A stretch of 64,000 bases of DNA from Candidatus Hydrogenedentota bacterium (lineage in GTDB: Bacteria; Hydrogenedentota; Hydrogenedentia; Hydrogenedentales; JAGMZX01), in assembly GCA_029556545.1 (NCBI GenBank), contig JAKQEQ010000042.1:18729-82728 (forward strand), in the 5' to 3' direction. The position numbers and the translations under genes are program-made. The notes under the pieces are model-generated. The model searched no databases, was not told the origin of the DNA, and saw only the letters and a program-made list of their open reading frames with translations. Shown piece by piece: positions 62,032 through 64,000 of the stretch (positions are counted from its first letter, which is position 1; each line of letters starts with the position of its first letter).

Positions 62032-64000
62032 TCACTTGGACTGTTCCAGCACCACTCGTTGTTCCAGGCAGATTTTCGAGCAGCCATGCCCCTGCGTCGT
62101 AATGCTGTATTCGATGTCTTGCCCCTGTGACCGGCGCTGGTTCCGTCCGACGTATTTCCCGCACCTTGAAAGACTGCCACAAACCTCCGTCACCTGTTCA
62201 TCGCTGAACCTGAACTCTTCAGACATGCGCCGGCGAAGGTGACTGGGCACTTCAGAGAATGTGCCCGGCGGCGGCATCAAGGGATGAAAGTCCGAGGTCG
62301 TCAGGTCATTTGGGATGAACAGGGCACATATCCTGTTCAGGGCAGGCCATTCCAACTCATACACCGGGCCAAACGCGAGAAGCGGCTCGAAGTCCAGCAG
62401 GGCGAGGTCTTGCTTCTCCGTGCACAGTATTGTATCCGTGCCAAACCTGAAGAGATCATGAACGCGGATACTCGAAGAGTTCCGCAAGACGGGCGTCCAT
62501 TCCGCAGCTGCCGCCACGTCTTTGACGGCCGCGGCGTAGGCGTCCACTGTCATCGAAATCCAAAATGTCCTCGTAGGGCATTGGGATATGTCCAGCTTCA
62601 GCGGCGTCACGCCCAGTACGGTGTCTAGCTGCGGCTCGCCGTCTTTGACCGCGAATACGCTCGCGCCCGGCGGCACGGAATCGATGTAGACCGTTCGGGA
62701 CTGGACGCCCGAATCAGTCTTCTGCGAGCAGGCAGGGCTCGCAAGACCCGCAAGAAGCGAGACCAAGAGCAAGCCGTACCCCACATCCATGGCAAACCGG
62801 GAGCGTTTTGTTCGCAGCGACGCGCCGAACAGGCCCCACAGCAAGAGCACGATGCCTGTCAGAGTAAATACGATGCCCACCGCGATAAGGGGAGTCGCCA
62901 AGCGCCCATACCATGGCATTGGCTGCCCATCCGGGAAGGTCCAACGGATGTTATCCAGGTAGACGGAAACGGGAGCATCGGGCAACTGGTCCGATTGGTT
63001 GCCCTGCGCCAAGCAGACATAGAACGACGTGACGACCCGGCTGACATCGGCCGAACCGACCGGCATTTGAAAATGCCGCCGTTCCGTGGTCAAAGTCGAA
63101 AGCGGCTTCTCTGGCTGGATGGCTGCCTTGGCCGAGTCTCCATGGATCTTCTTGTCTCCACCAGTGAAACACGCTTTGAATTCGACGGCCAATGGAAAGA
63201 CAGCGAAATCCGTCCACGCGTCGAATTCAATGGACTTCGCGCCGGTCAGATTCACCGACGTGTCCATTCCCCCCAAGAGTTCCTCCGGCGTACAGCGTGT
63301 CCAAGCCACACCGACCCATCCTCGCGGGCTCAAGTCCGACCGGAATTCCAACTTAAGCACCCGATCTTCCGAAGACGCCTCTCCTCCTGATACAAGCCGA
63401 AAACACAATACTCTTTCGTAATCATCGCGTGGAAAGCTGGCGTCGCCCACCATGAAGTATTGCGGGATCCACTCGTTGGACCAACCATCCTCGAAGAGAT
63501 GGTAGTCTTGACCCTGGAGCGGAATCGATGGCGGCATCATCGAACGGGCAATCAGACCGCCTGCGAAGAGCAAGGCGCCTAGTCCAATTGTGACAAGGCT
63601 GCGCCGGAACCGGCGCCGCCTGGCAAACTCGCACGCAACACACCGGAACTTGTTTGCCATGTGCCAGGAATGAAGCCGTTTCCCGCAGGAAACACACTTT
63701 GCCGGTTGGCTGTCCAGTTTCAAGGACAGGCCGCACAGGTCACAGGTGAGGTCTTGCGTAGCCGATTCAGTTTCCGCGGGGGCAAGAGATCGTGGTGCAA
63801 ATAAGGACTGGAGCAGTTCCATACCTTGACTTGCCGCGAGACGCGCGATCTCGTCCTGTGTGATGAGTCTCTGGTCCTTCATCTCATCCAGAATACGGGC
63901 GGCATCTTGATCACATTGATGCGCCAACCCTCCTGCGACGGCGGCACGCCAATCCTCCACCAGTTTGAGAGCGCGCGCATGGTGCTCCAGCCAACGGGTT
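62032..64000 (-). CDS. Multidomain membrane protein, 5'-partial: Cys/His Zn finger, TM, CBM-like beta-sandwich, TM, PEGA-like domain
   Basis: Frame open to the window end; CDLC..CVSC..H..H..CVAC; GWVGVAW..NLTGAKSIEF..GDS; IDSVPPGASV. Confidence 0.6.
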   Translation of the reverse strand, partial: TRWLEHHARALKLVEDWRAAVAGGLAHQCDQDAARILDEMKDQRLITQDEIARLAASQGMELLQSLFAPRSLAPAETESATQDLTCDLCGLSLKLDSQPAKCVSCGKRLHSWHMANKFRCVACEFARRRRFRRSLVTIGLGALLFAGGLIARSMMPPSIPLQGQDYHLFEDGWSNEWIPQYFMVGDASFPRDDYERVLCFRLVSGGEASSEDRVLKLEFRSDLSPRGWVGVAWTRCTPEELLGGMDTSVNLTGAKSIEFDAWTDFAVFPLAVEFKACFTGGDKKIHGDSAKAAIQPEKPLSTLTTERRHFQMPVGSADVSRVVTSFYVCLAQGNQSDQLPDAPVSVYLDNIRWTFPDGQPMPWYGRLATPLIAVGIVFTLTGIVLLLWGLFGASLRTKRSRFAMDVGYGLLLVSLLAGLASPACSQKTDSGVQSRTVYIDSVPPGASVFAVKDGEPQLDTVLGVTPLKLDISQCPTRTFWISMTVDAYAAAVKDVAAAAEWTPVLRNSSSIRVHDLFRFGTDTILCTEKQDLALLDFEPLLAFGPVYELEWPALNRICALFIPNDLTTSDFHPLMPPPGTFSEVPSHLRRRMSEEFRFSDEQVTEVCGSLSRCGKYVGRNQRRSQGQDIEYSITTQGHGCSKICLEQRVVLEQSK

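Larger units (their letters stand above)
46644..64000. mobile_element. Putative tRNA-Ser-integrated genomic/defence island (other end outside the window)
   Basis: Begins at the tRNA 3' end; short direct repeats; gene remnants; R-M and AAA/S8 genes; visibly more AT-rich segments; no integrase seen. Confidence 0.65.

Noticed and set aside
46644-64000. Prophage or integrase in the island
   Set aside because: No integrase, transposase or phage structural motifs were recognised within the window.

Overview
High-GC bacterial chromosome segment, probably from Candidatus Hydrogenedentota or a similar PVC-adjacent lineage. This placement is an inference from a characteristic C-terminal 'LSELLRxxQxYN' domain and the repeat families. 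Bases 1-46.6 kb are mostly core and accessory genes: a G1P-dehydrogenase-like enzyme, hypFCDE hydrogenase maturation genes, ECF sigma/anti-sigma/YbjQ, an nfeD-floA microdomain operon, zwf, surface-glycan enzymes, aconitase, recD2, rpsT, and a four-gene Rieske/cytochrome b plus CydA-like respiratory operon. A tRNA-Ser(TGA) at 46560-46643 borders a putative defence island containing type I R-M genes hsdM-hsdS-[AAA ATPase + S8 protease]-hsdR, gene remnants, TPR and kinase genes. The most striking structure is a ~1.4 kb cassette (orphan MNT plus a small GIY-YIG nuclease) at the hypE 3' end. The nuclease sits between mirror-oriented arrays of CGTC-tagged ATTCCC-N8-GGGAAT palindromes, and the whole cassette is bounded by a ~50 bp direct repeat that duplicates the hypE 3' end. 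At least four palindromic repeat families occur, two of them inserted in frame in proteins. All assignments come from motif reading only; no database searches were run.
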